A DNA stretch of 64,000 nucleotides from an uncultured Acidobacteriota bacterium. Its GTDB lineage: Bacteria; Acidobacteriota; Thermoanaerobaculia; UBA5066. Position 1 is the first letter of the stretch, and every line of letters starts with the position of its first letter. The position numbers and the translations under genes were made by a program. Below are positions 32,479 through 46,343 of this stretch, in pieces. Below the pieces are notes generated by a model. That model was not told the origin of the DNA, did not search any database, and worked only from the letters and a program-made list of their open reading frames with translations. The stretch spans positions 768,001-832,000 of the forward strand of contig CAVZYA010000002.1 in NCBI GenBank assembly GCA_963779415.1, given 5' to 3'.

Positions 32479-33820
32479 CTACTGCTTAACGACTGCAGGG
32501 GCGGTCGGCGGAAAATCAACGTCCTCGGGGGCGTTCAGGTAGCTGATGTACCGCCCGCGATACCCGAGGAGGGTCAGAATGATCCGTTTAGTGAGCTCCC
32601 GGAGAACCGCGATATGTCGGATAACGCCGTCGTAGTCATTTCGGGCGCTGTCACCGCCGTGGACGACACTGCTTCTCGCATCGATGGCTACTGTGATTGC
32701 CCGCTCGAGGCCTGAGTACGGAACACCGTCCTCGTCGAGCATCCGATAAAGCCGTTCACGGATCGTAAGCGCATTCAGATTTCCGATCTTCTTTCGAATC
32801 AGTTCTGCTGCCCTCTCCATTGTTGCTTGCTCGACTTTTCCTTCAGGCGACCCACCCCGGAACTGACCGCTTCATCGAGGCCTGGGCGCATGTACTTGTC
32901 GAACAACTCCCTTGGGATTGCTGAGTAAATGTAGCCGCGTACCCGCTCAAAACGACCGACGAGATTCTCAAGGGTCGCCACCGCCATCGTCAGCTGTACC
33001 TCGACGAAGGCCGAGTGCGCGAAATACATCGCGATCGCAATGTCGAGCCCTCTCGCCTTGCGGAGCTCTTCTGTATAGGCCGAGGTGGCGAGCTGGACGA
33101 AGGCTGTGAGATCGAGCGAATACGAGAGTGGCTCGGTCGGGGTGCCTCCGCCGTGTTCTTCCCAGATGTCGCACCGGATCCAGTTTTCGCCCGACAAGAC
33201 GTCCCGAAGGCTGTATCGGAAGTACCGACCCTGAACCAGCGAAAGTACTTCAAGAACGCGACGGCATTGGGAGTCGCAGAGGGCCAGCCAATCGCCGATC
33301 GGACGCGAGTCGTTATCCGATGCCCTGATCGAGAGCTGGCCAGAGAGCTCGGTCGATCCGTTACGCGAGTCGCGGCACCGAAAGAAAGTTCTCCCAGGTC
33401 GTCGGTGCAGTTTGAACCTGAAACCCCTCAATGCCCGGGATGAGATACGTCACCGCGGCTTCTGAAGCAAGGGCAGATCTTTCCAGCCTGGAGGCTGGCT
33501 TGAGTGTCAGATGCCTAGGAATGCCTTCGATTCGAACAGAGGTCACGCCGTGCGTAGTCCCCCGTCCCGGCTGGTGACATAGAGGTGTTCGCTTTGAACG
33601 TGACGCCCGCCCGGTGCGAGGCCATCGAAAGAGATCGGTTTAACCGTTCGACTCTCTTCGTTCAGCGGCTGCATGAGCCAGAAGTTCAGGTCGTCGAGAG
33701 GACTCGGTGCCATTTTGAAAAGAGCTTTACCGAAACGGTCGACCGAGATATCAAAGTTCGCTCTACAGCGGCGCTCGCCGGATCGGAGTTCACCCTCACA
33801 CCCTAGGAGTTCGATGGGTT
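32479..33820 (-). CDS. HEPN-domain (ApeA-like) putative antiphage protein; several frameshifts, start approximate
   Basis: Consecutive overlapping frames; C-terminal 'ARSSVVHG' (RxxxxH) and 'IILTLLGY'; located in the defence cluster. Confidence 0.55.
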
Positions 33821-33880
33821 CATTTCACCCGATCTGCTCGCAAGTTCTTCGGAGAGGCCTTGAGGGGTCGTGCGGCGAGT

Positions 33881-35060
33881 TCATAGCTTCCCCATGAAGG
33901 CCTTATCGAGGATTGCCGGCAAGAGGGCATCGAGCTTGGCGGCGGTCCTCCCCTGCGGGGCCTTCAAGGCATCGACTTTGGCCTGAAGGCCGTCGAGGTA
34001 GGCGACGATGTGGCGCTGCTCAGCGAGCGGTGGGACATGGACGCCACATCCCCGTAACTTCACCCCGGTCAGGTGAGCGATGGTTGTCTGCGTCTTGAGT
34101 TCGGAGAACCCTGTCTGCTCGGCTGCCCAGAAAATCTGGTGCAGGAGGAACCGTGGCGTGACTCTGCTGGGGTCCACCCGAACCCGGTGCAATGCCTTCT
34201 GAAAGCAACAGCCGGCAATCTCGTTGTTCCAGATGGTAGACTTTCCGATGTCGCCGCCTTCGCACACGAGGATATCGCCGGGAAGAAGTTGAAACTCCCG
34301 TTTCTCGTTTTCGTCAAAATCCATTTCAAATACGGAGGACAGGTCGAGACGGTCCCACTGAATGTTCGCATTACGCAGGTACGGTGTGCTGTGCCGACCC
34401 GTCTTGGCGGCGCTGGAGAGCATTTTTCAAGGCGACATTCAGCTACCGAGTCGAGTCTAACGGTGGGATGGTCTGTGAGAAGCCCGGAAAACAACGTGTC
34501 CCGTTCCTGAACGCAAATAAGTTCTGCCATGCGGTTAGCCTCTTGTCTGAGGCCGACTGCATCCTTCAAGCCAGCAGAAAGTTCCTCGATCCGCGCACGA
34601 TCCGCCGCTGCTCGGCGAGGGGCGGGACGGGGACCCGCGCAGCGAGCAAAGTCTTGGGGCGCACGGCGGCGTAGCCGGTTGTGCCGAATGCTCCGCTGGC
34701 CAGTTGCGCCTCCAAGTAGTTCGCCTGGAAAATCGCCTGCAGCCACGCATTCAGGACGAGGTCGTGATTTACGTCAAACAGGAAGAAGTGGCTGGTACAG
34801 AGTGCACCAGTTCCATCCGGCGGTACGAAGCCGATGGCACCCTTCTTACCCCAGATTTCCGACAGGATCACCTGCCCAGACTTGGCGAGCTGGTGCTGCT
34901 TCATCTTCAGGGTAGAGCCGTCAACTGGGGTGTCCAGAACGACGCCTCTGCCGTACAGCCGCACCGAGAGTTTGGAGTAGGGGCGCGCCTCTGGCCTTTC
35001 GATGAACTCGGTGTTCTGCACAAGAAGCTCGCCGAGGGGAACGAGCGGCCAGCCGTTCAA
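33881..35060 (-). CDS. hsdS: Type I R-M specificity subunit; frameshifted
   Basis: Two TRDs, each ending 'PPLAEQR.IV'; C-terminal 'LLPAILDKAFMGKL'. Confidence 0.88.
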
Positions 35061-36645
35061 CCGGGCCTCAGCTCGAGGAATCGTTTGATGTTCTGGACGA
35101 TCTCAATGATCTCTTTCTCCTTCTTCAGGATGTCATCGACGAGCTTCTCCGGCGAAAGATGCTCGAGATCTTCCGGTCCGTTCGGGTTCTTGAGATCGAG
35201 GTTGGCGGAGAGAAGCTGGCCGCTGTCGTCGTACTTCAGGGCATCCCGGGCCACGACCTTCCACGCGTGATCGTCGACGGCACGGCTCTTCCACCACGCG
35301 GTGCAGGGCGCGAATTCCTCGAACTGCATCGGTTTCGTCTTCGAGTAGTTTTTCCGGCCTTCGGGAAGTGGGATGTTCGTAGTACCAGATATCCGTGGTC
35401 GGGCCGGAACGATCGAAGAACAGGATGTTAGTGGGAATGCTCGTGTAGGGCGCGAATACGCCGTTTGGAAGACGAACGATGGTGTGGAGGTTGAACTTCT
35501 TGAGGAGGTCCTCCTTGATCCGGGCCGCACACGCCGTCTCCGAAGAGGACTCCGTTCGGCACGACGACGGCTGCCCTTCCACCGGTTTCGCGAGCCGTGC
35601 CCCGGCCGTCTGAGCTTCCGCATGATGAGCTGAAGGAAGAGCAGCGCCGTCTCGGCCGTCTGCTTGTCGTCCGGGAAGTTGCCCTGGATTCCTCGCTCTT
35701 CTTCGCCTCCAAAGGGTGGGTTCGTCAGGATGACGTCACCCGGTCCTTGTCGCCGATCTCGGTCAGCTTGACGTCGAGGCTGTTGCCGGGATCGATCCGC
35801 GGGAATTCGAGGCCGTGGAGCAGGAGGTTCATCTGGCCGAGGAGATACGGCAGCGGCTTCGCTTCGCCCCCGAAGAGGCTCTTCTGCTGAAGTGTCCGGC
35901 GGTCCGCGACCGTCTTGCACTGCTTTTCCAGATGGTCGATAGGTCTCGACGAGGAAGCCGCCGGTGCCGCAGGCCGGGTCGAGGACGGTTTCCCCGAGGC
36001 GGGGGTTCGATCACTTCGACCATGAAGCGAACGACCGGGCGCGGCGTGTAGAACTCGCCGGAGTCACCCGCAGCGTCCCGCATCTCCTTGAGCATCGACT
36101 CGTAGAGGTGGCCCAGGGTGTGGATCTCCTCGGACGAGTCGAAGTGGATGCCGTTGACCTGGTTGAGGACGTCGCGCAGGAGATAGCCGTTCACCATCCG
36201 GTTGACGGTGCCGCGAAAGACGGTCGCGATGACGTCGCGCCGGTCGCCGCCGTTCGCGCCCTGTAGCTGTCCGCAGGTAGGCGAAGAGCCCGGGGCCCTC
36301 TTGCCGTCCGGCCGGACCGCCGTCTCCTGGTTGATGAAGGCGATCAGTTCGTCGCCCGTGATGCCGTCTTCCTTAGCCGCCCAGTCGCGCCAGCGGTAGG
36401 GGGCCTCGATGGCTGGCCGGTACTTCTCCCCCTGCAATCGTCGCCTTCTGCCTCGTCGCATCCGCTCCATGTCGTCGAGGAACTTCAGGAACATGATCCA
36501 GGTGAGCATCGGCAGGCGGTCGAGGTCGCCGTTCAGGCCTTTGTCTTTCCGCATGATGTCGCGGGCCGACTTGATGAGGCTGCCGAGACGCTGGCGGAGG
36601 TCGTGGAGCGGTGAATCTTCGTGTCTTCTTGCATCTCGTTTCCAT
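35057..36645 (-). CDS. hsdM: Type I R-M N6-adenine methyltransferase; frameshifted
   Basis: 'GEFYTPR', 'DPACGTGGFL', 'NPPFGG', 'IVRLPNGVFAPYT'. Confidence 0.9.
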
Positions 36646-36646
36646 C

Positions 36647-39060
36647 TCAGCTGCAGCATATAGCAGGCTTTGTAGGCGGTCGACGGCTTCGCGAAGCTTC
36701 TCGCGGTCCGCCGAACCGCGTGGCGATCTCCAGCGGCGTTGCCGTGACGGGAGATCGGCGAAATCTCGAGTACATCGGGAAGGCTGAACTGCGAGACGCC
36801 GTGTTCGGTGTATTTCTGGAGAAGCTCGTCGAGGATCTGCTCTGGCCTCCGGCCCGTACTGCTTGAAGAAGCTCTGGCCCTCTCGACGGACTTTCGCGGC
36901 GCGCTCTCGCCGGCTGCGTGGGCGCCGCACCGAACGCCAGATGGCAGAGAAGATCCAGCGGGTCGGCGTCGGGGAGCTTGGCCGCGTCTGCGAGGGATTC
37001 GACGTCAATTCCTCGTTCTGCGAGGGCCGCGAGGAGCTCTGCGCGGGTGGTTGACGCCTGTCCATGCACTTCGCAGGTCGTCGACCGAACGGGTAGAGGG
37101 TCCGGATCTTGTCGCGGCGCATAGTCGGTGAGCTGAATTACTCGGAGCGGTTTTCCCGTTCGGGTCGAGGTCGTAGACGAGGTGCGCGGCGATCTCGACC
37201 TGCCCACCGTCGACATAGAACTTGCGGCGTTCGGCGACGGGTGGCTCGACGATGATGCCTGGTGCAAACGGTTCTGTGGTTTCGCTGGTCGGGTCCGGGG
37301 GTGGCGCGCCCTCCGGGTACGTCGTTTTCGTGACTTCCCCGGCCGTCGTCGATCTCTTGCTCGGCTCACGAATGCCGGCTCGCCATCGAAATCGGGGTCG
37401 GCGAACAGGCGTCGTCGCGGATCCGGTGTAGTCGAGAATGTCGAAGAAGTAGCTTCCCGTAGTCGTCACGAACGCGCGTACCACGCCCGATGATCTGCTT
37501 GAACTCGCACGATGCGAGCCGATGACCCGTACGAGAACGATGTTCTTTCACGGGCGGGGCGTCCACACCGGTCGTCAGAAGCTGGGAGGTCGTCAGGATG
37601 ACCGGCGTCACGGTCTCCAGGTCCTGGAAGCGGCTGAGGTGGCCCGCGCCGATGTCGCCTTCGTCGGCGGTGACCCGGCAGACGTAGTCCGGGTATCTTC
37701 TGAACGAGATCGGCGTTCAGGTTGTTCAGGGCCTTCCGCATCTCCGAGGCGTGCTCCTGATCGACGCAGAAGACGATTGTCTTCGCGAACCGGTCCGTGG
37801 CTTTCAGGAAGTTGGCCAGGTGCTTCGGCGACGGCTTCGGTCCGGGCCGCGCAGAGCGACGACTCGCTCGAAAGTCCTTCGTCTGGTACTCGTCGTCCGG
37901 AATCTCGCGGCCGTAGCGGTCCAGCTCGCCTTTCGTCGGCCGCCAGCCCGCCGCGTCCCACGTGGTGACGATGCGGTGGACACGATAGGGGGCTAAGAAG
38001 CCGTCGTCGATGCCTTGGCGGAGGCTGTAGGTATAGAGCGGGTTTCCGAAGTAGAGATAGCGTGTCCCGCGTTCTCGTCACGAAGCGGCGTCGCCGTCAT
38101 GCCGAGCTGGATAGGCCGGCTCGAAGTAGTTCGAGGATTTCCCGCCAGCTGGCTGTCGACCCGGGCACTTCCCCGATGGCACTCGTCGACGATGATGAGA
38201 TCGAAGAAGTCGGGAGCGTACTGGCGGTAGAGGCCGGGCGCGTCGTTCGTCGCCGGCGAGCGACTGATAAATGCGCGAAGTAGATTTCCCGGCCTTTCTG
38301 AACGATCGCCGTCCTCGATCTTGCCATCGGGCGTCACCGAATGGCGGCGAAGGTCTTGTCCTTCGGGTCGTCGACGAGGATGTTGCGATCGGCCAGGTAG
38401 AGAATCCGCGGCTTTCGCGCTGCTGGCCGGTCGCTGTTCCATCCTGACGTTCCAGAGCTTCCAGCAGATCTGAAAGGCGACGAGCGTCTTCCCGGTCCCC
38501 GTCGCCATCGTGATCAGGACGCGCCGCTTGCCGGAAAGGAAGCGACTCACGCACGCGGTTGATCGCGATCTCCTGGTAGTAACGTGAGGCCTTCCCGGGC
38601 AGCGAAAGGCCGGGCTCGAGATAGCGTTGTGAGGCCGTTTCATCTTTCGGCCCTTCCGTGGCGCGAAGTCGGTTCCACAGCACGGCCGGCGTCGGGAAAG
38701 TCCGAGACCTCCAGTTCGATGCCCGTCGAGAAGTCGAACCCAACGATGGACTTGCCGTTTGTGGCGTACGCGAATCTCAACCCGAGGGTCTGCGCATAGT
38801 TCTTGGCCTGCTGAAGGCCATCACTGGCGGACTTGTAGTCAGCCTTCGCCTCGACCACGGCTATCGGCAGGTCCTTGCGTGTAGCGCAGGAGATAGTCCG
38901 CTCTCTTGGCCGGCCCCCGCGTAGCTGATCGCCCGCTGACTTTGATTCGGCCTGCGGTGAACTGACACTGTTCGTGGATCGAGTGGGGCGGCTCTTCCCA
39001 GCCGGCCTCCTGCAGCCGTGGAACGACGTACTTCCGGCAGGTGTCAGCTTCGTTCGCCAT
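36647..39060 (-). CDS. hsdR: Type I R-M restriction subunit (EcoEI/EcoAI-like); many frameshifts
   Basis: 'NEADTC', 'ADY.L', 'VEAK', 'MATGTGKT', 'DECHRGS', 'GMTATP', 'LTTGVD', 'QIIGRGTR'. Confidence 0.88.
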
Positions 39061-39117
39061 TCACTGGAGTGTCAACTATCGCACGGTGTAGGGCTTAGCC
39101 CCTACGGCACGTCCCGA

Positions 39118-41074
<1,957 letters not shown>

Positions 41075-41109
41075 AGCCGCGTCTAGAATGACCTCGTGGT
41101 GGCCGAGGC

Positions 41110-43406
41110 ATGACCGCGAAAGATCCCATGGACCAGAAGCCGGCCGGCGAGACGGTTCCCGGGGAGACGGCTCCGGAGAGCTTCGACCCTCACGCCCCCG
41201 TCGGCCACCCGTCGGCGGAGACCGACGAGGAGCTTCTCGCCGCGAAGGCTGCCGGGCTCACCGACCCGCGCTGGAAGCCCCTGACCGAGATCCCGGTCCT
41301 CTCGGACTACTACAACGAGACATACCTCTATCTCCTCCCGTCGGGCCCCCGCAATCTCTACGTCTTCTGGGAGGTCGGGGAGTGGACGCGCGGGGAGATG
41401 AAGAGCCGGTTCGGCGAGGGGTTTCTCACGCGGAATCACCTGATCCTCCGCGTCTACGACGTGACGGACGTCGTCTTCGACGGCTTCAACGCGAACAACT
41501 TCTTCGAGGTGGACGATTTCCTGAACGACAAGGTGGCGTACTGGGTCGCCGTCCCTCCCGGGCGGAGCTTCGTGGCCGAGATCGGCTACCGGGCTCTCGG
41601 GACGACCTTCTTCGAGAAAGTAGCCCGGTCGAACACGGTCTTCTCCCCCCGCGACCGCGCGGAGACGGCCGAGAGGTATACCGCGTGGGGCTCGGTGGGG
41701 CTCCCCGCGTCCGACGTGGAGGCGCCGGTCGGCGAGCGGAACTGGCGGTACAACCAGTACCTCTACTGGAAGCGGCGGACGCACGCGGCCCCGCCGGAGA
41801 AGGGATGCTGGGCGCTCGTCCTGCACCAGCACCTCCCGTTCATCCGCCACCCGGAATACGACGTCTCCCTCGAAGAGCAGTGGTTCTTCGAGGCCGTCGT
41901 CTCGGTCTACACGCAGCTCCTCCACCTGATGTGGCGGCTTTCGAACGACAAGGTCGACTTCCGCCTGACGGTGAGCCTCACCCCGCCGCTCCTCTCGATG
42001 ATGAAGGACCCGCTTCTCCGGACGCGGGCCGCGCGGCACATCGAGGAGATGCTTCATCTTTCGCGGCGCGAGAGGGGAGAACGCCCACGGCAAGCCGTGG
42101 CACGACACGGCGTGGCAGATCCACGACCGGATCCGGATCGCGAAGGAGGTCTTCGAGGCCTACTCGGGAGACCTGACCTGCGGGTACCGCGACTTTCAGG
42201 ACGCCGGAAAGCTGGAGATCATCACCTGCCCGGCCTCGCACATGATCCTTCCGCTCTTCGCGCACCAGAAAGAGACGGTCCGGGCACAGCTCCAGACCGC
42301 CTGCCGGCAGTACGAGCGGGCCTTCGGGCGGTGGCCGCGCGGCATCTGGCTCGCGGAGAACGCCTTCACCCCCGGCCTCGACGAGATGCTGGCCGAGGAG
42401 GGGCTCCGCTGGTTCCTCCTGAACGACAAGGCCGTCCTCGAGGGAGACACGCGCCCGTTCTTCGGCTCGTCCGAGCCGGTCGTCACGCCGGCGGGACTCG
42501 CGGCCTTTCCGATCGACCCGCAGACCCGGCAGAAGATCTGGTCGCGCGAAGGGGGCTATCCCGGCCACGCCGAACTACAAGGAGTGGTACCGCGACCTCG
42601 GCTACGAGGCCGACTGGGACTACCTCCCCCCGTACTTCCGGACGGCGAACGTCCGCCGGAACACCGGGATCAAGTACTACCGGATCACCGGGAAGAAGGT
42701 CGACCTCGGCGACAAGGCCTACTACGTTCCGGCCTGGGCGAACGAAGTCGTCCACGAGCAGGCGGGGGAGTTCGTCTTCGAGCGGGGCGCGCAGGCGAAC
42801 TACGACCGCGAGACGAGCGGTGGCCGGACGGGATGCCGCGTCTCGGCGTACGACGCGGAGCTGTTCGGGCACTGGTGGGAGGAGGGGCCGGCCTTCCTCG
42901 AGTCGGTCTTCCGCAAGATGCTTCATGACCAGACGGAGGTCCGCCCCGTGACGCCGTCGGAGTACCTCTCCGAGCAGCCGCACCACCAGCGGCTCGTCCC
43001 GAACGCCGGCTCGTGGGGAAAGAGCGACTACTTCCAGACGTGGGTCGAGGAGAGGGCCTACCAGCCGAACGTCTGGGTCTACCGGCACCTCTTCCGGCTC
43101 CTCGGGAGAATGTCGGATCTCGCGACCCGGCTTCGCGACGAGGCCGACCCGATGATCCGCCGCGCCCTCAACCAGGCGGCTCGCGAGCTTTTCCTCGCGG
43201 GCGCGTCGGACTGGGGCTTCCTGATCTCCACCGGGCAGGCCGTCCGGTACTCGGAGCTGCAGATCGTCCGGCACCTCGACCGGGCCAAGGAGCTGCTGAG
43301 GCAGGCCGGGGAAGGGAAGATCGAGGGAACCTTCCTCCAGCTCCTCGAGGACGCCGACACGATCTTCCCGTTCGGCGAGATGGACTACCGCGTCTTCTGC
43401 CGCTGA
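41110..43406 (+). CDS. DUF4912 domain fused to GH57 1,4-alpha-glucan branching enzyme; frameshifts near 42080 and 42570
   Basis: 'PRNLYVFWE', 'ILRVYDVT', 'ARSN' (DUF4912), then in frame 'LVLHQHLPFIRHPE', 'GIWLAE', 'YDAELFGHWW', 'SDWGF'. Confidence 0.85.
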
Positions 43407-44146
43407 AGGGCACGCGGGTGCCCAGACGCGGCCAGAGCGCTGAGGGCTCCAAGCCAGAGCGTCGCCTCGCGTGACGAGAGCCCGGCGCGAAGGAGCGACG
43501 ACTCCAGCTCGGCCACGACGTGCGCGTTCCGGCCCCGTCCGGCGAAACCGGACGCTGCGAGAACGGAGCGAAGAGAGATTCTCAGAAGGGAGAGTTCCAT
43601 CGAAGCGGCCGGCGCGTCAGAGCCTTCGTCCGTTCCGCGCCTTTGGCGCGGTGCTTCGAAGGGAAGACAATGAAAGGAAGACAAAGAGAACGCCAGAGAG
43701 ATTGCGACGGCCTGGGCGAGATTCAGGGACGGGAAAGCCTTCGAAGTCGGGATCCGGAGTCGTGCGTCACACTCCCGCACCTCGTCGGTGGTCAGGCCGC
43801 CCCGCTCCGGGCCGAAGACGAGCGCCACGCGGCGTCCCAGGCGCAGCTCACGGCGGATCGAGGCGAACGTCGTCGCGGGGGGAAGGCCTCGAGTCGCTCT
43901 TCCTCTAAGAGAAGACAGCGCCACGACTCGCGAAACGTCCGCCCGAAGCGCGTCCCAGCTGGCGCGTGTCTTTATCCCCCTGAGAAGATCTTCGGCGCCG
44001 GATGAATAGGCCACGGCATCTGGATGAAGGAGATCCACCCGGGGCTCGATGAGCGCCAGTTGCGCCCCGAAGTTCTTCGCCGCGCGGGCCGCGGCGCCGA
44101 GATTCCCCGGGTTGTGCGTCCGGACGAGAACGGCGAGGAGCGGCAT
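43385..44146 (-). CDS. TrmJ/LasT SPOUT RNA methyltransferase
   Basis: 'NPGNLGAAARAAKNFG', 'LVFGPERGGLT', 'SLNLAQAV'. Confidence 0.88.
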   Translation of the reverse strand: MPLLAVLVRTHNPGNLGAAARAAKNFGAQLALIEPRVDLLHPDAVAYSSGAEDLLRGIKTRASWDALRADVSRVVALSSLRGRATRGLPPATTFASIRRELRLGRRVALVFGPERGGLTTDEVRECDARLRIPTSKAFPSLNLAQAVAISLAFSLSSFHCLPFEAPRQRRGTDEGSDAPAASMELSLLRISLRSVLAASGFAGRGRNAHVVAELESSLLRAGLSSREATLWLGALSALAASGHPRALQRQKTR

Positions 44147-44178
44147 CGGAAGGGCATCTTGGTCCAGAATGCGGGGTC

Positions 44179-44382
44179 ATGTCGAAGGAGCGATCAGAGA
44201 GCGAGCAGAAGGCCGTCGAGACGATTCTCAGGGCGCTCGGGCACCGTCTCGCGCGCCTCCGCGACGAATACGCGATGAAGACCCTTCGCCGCGAGGAGCC
44301 CGAAGGGGTGGAGAAGGGGCTCGCGCTCGCACTTCGCGAGCTGAACGACCTCCTCCCGCGTCGCAAGCGTCTGAAGGACTGA
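44179..44382 (+). CDS. Small hypothetical helical protein (67 aa)
   Basis: Fills the intergenic gap, typical codon usage, CAGAAT 8 nt before the ATG. Confidence 0.55.
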   Translation: MSKERSESEQKAVETILRALGHRLARLRDEYAMKTLRREEPEGVEKGLALALRELNDLLPRRKRLKD

Positions 44383-44392
44383 TCGCGAAGCG

Positions 44393-45825
44393 ATGGCCGA
44401 GGAGACCCCCGCGGCCGGAGTTCCCCGCGACGCCGGACGGCTTGTCGAGGCGGCAGCCGCGGCGGCGGTTACCGGGACGGCGCTCGTCTTCTTCCTGGTC
44501 TATCTCTTCGCCATGTCCGGAGCGTCGCTCTGGACGGACGAGCTTTACGGGATAGTCCACTTCAGCTCCCGTGGTCCGTGGACGGCGTGGACGGACTACC
44601 ACGCCCCGAATCACGTTCTCTTCTCGCTCCTCAACTCGCTTCTCCCGGGATGCGGCTCGGTCGACCCGGTCCGGGCGCGGCTCTTCTCCTTCATCGCGGT
44701 TTCGGCGCTCCTCCTCCTGGTGCTTGTCTTCTTCTGGCGAACGGGACGGTGGCTGGCCGGAGCCTTCGCGTTCCAGCTCCTCGCGACGAACGAGCGCGTC
44801 CTCGACCAGACTCTGCAGGCGCGCGGCTACGGTCTGCAGCTCCTCTTCGCGGGCGGGGCCGCCATCGCCGTCCGCGCGTATCTCGAGGCCGGGCGCCGGA
44901 GCGCTCTCTTCGCTCTCGCGGCTCTCGTCGTCCTCGGCACCTTCGCCGTCCCGCCGTTCATTCTCTTCGGCGGAGGGCTCTTCCTTCTCCTCTTCGTCGT
45001 CCGGAGGCGGCGCGAGGTGCTCGTCAGCGGACTTCTCGCTCTCGTCGGGGCCGTGGCCGTCCACCTGCCGGTCCTCGACGCTCTCTTTCGTCAGTTGACG
45101 ACGTACCGGACCGTCGGAAGCGGTGCCCTCGAGTTCGCAACTCCCGCGGCCGTCGCGGAGTCGCTCCGCCTCTACGTCCTGCCGGAGCTCTTCTCGTCGC
45201 CCCGCACGGGTGGAGGAGCGGTGCTGCTTCTCGCGGCTCTCGTCGCCGCGCTTCTCGTCACGGCCGGATCCCCCGAGCCCGAGACGAGCTGGCGCCGCGT
45301 CGTCCTCGGGGCGGTTCTTCTCTTCTTTGGTGCCTGCCTCCTCCTCCGGAGCCCGCTCGTCCGGACGACGGTCTTCGTGGCGGCGCCTCTCGCACTCGTC
45401 CTCGGCGCGCTCGTCGAGGATCTCCTCCGGCGAATCGGGATCCGGGGAGTCCGGCCGGCCGCCGTCGCGGTTCTGGCCGCGGTCCTCGCGTTCTCGAACG
45501 GCATCGCCGTCTCCCGGTTCGAGTTCGTTCCGATCGAGCGGTGGGACATGACGGCGGCGTTCGTTCGCCGCGCGATCCCCCCGGGACTCCTCTCTGGGTG
45601 ACGTTCCGGCCGGAGCTGCTCGCGCCCTATCTCCCTCCTTCGACGACTTTTTCCGAACGCTTCGACGCGGCGCTCTTCGCCTCCGGCGGACTCGCCGTCG
45701 TGGACACCGACGTCGATCCCCCGGTCCGGTTCGACGGAAGGCGATATGCCGCCGGCGCGAAGGAGTGGCGGACGCCGCTCGCCCGCCGTGGGACTCAGTC
45801 CGTCTGGTTCGTCCCGCGTTCCTGA
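44393..45825 (+). CDS. GT-C-like (family 39) membrane glycosyltransferase; frameshift near 45590
   Basis: 'LWTDE', 'PNHVLFS', 'QARGYG'; multi-TM. Confidence 0.7.
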
Positions 45826-46343
45826 GATGTCACCGCTTCTGCAGCCGCCGCGAGGCGCGACGGTCCGGCGCCCGAGATGACGGTGAAGCGGCGGCCAAGC
45901 TTCAGGAGGCCGCGCCGCAGGCGGTCGAAGAAATCCTCGCGCTGGGCGAGGTCGGGGTGACAGCGCTGCGGATCGAAGCTCCACGGAAGGTCGGGGCGAA
46001 GAAGCAGGGTCAGGTCGATCCGCTGCGAGGCGGCGAGCGCCTCGGCCTCCTTCGGACAATCGCCGTAGAGGACGTGGCTCCAGACCGTGATCGTCAGGAG
46101 GTCCGTGTCGAGGAGGAGAAGGCCGCGGGCCGACCGCGCCGCCTCCTCTTCGGCGGCCTTCTGGGCGAGGGCGATCGGGAGGATGTCTCCGATCTCGTAG
46201 ACGACCCCCTTCACGTCGTAATACGCCCGCGAAGCCTCCGGGACGAAGGGCGCGCCGAACCGCGCCGCCAGCTCCGCCGAGAGCGTCGACTTTCCCGACG
46301 ACTCCGGGCCGACGACCGCGACGCGGAAGAGGGGGACGCTCAA
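45795..46343 (-). CDS. NadR-like ribosylnicotinamide kinase/AAA domain (no NMNAT domain)
   Basis: 'GPESSGKST', 'VPEASR', 'LDTD', 'PDLPW..D..R'; TTGA overlap with pnuC. Confidence 0.85.
   Translation of the reverse strand: MSVPLFRVAVVGPESSGKSTLSAELAARFGAPFVPEASRAYYDVKGVVYEIGDILPIALAQKAAEEEAARSARGLLLLDTDLLTITVWSHVLYGDCPKEAEALAASQRIDLTLLLRPDLPWSFDPQRCHPDLAQREDFFDRLRRGLLKLGRRFTVISGAGPSRLAAAAEAVTSQERGTNQTD

Larger units (their letters stand above)
30166..39060 (-). other. Defence island (hsdR-hsdM-hsdS-HEPN-abiEi-abiEii)
   Basis: All genes co-oriented; visibly lower GC and different codon usage than the flanks; no integrase seen. Confidence 0.75.
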
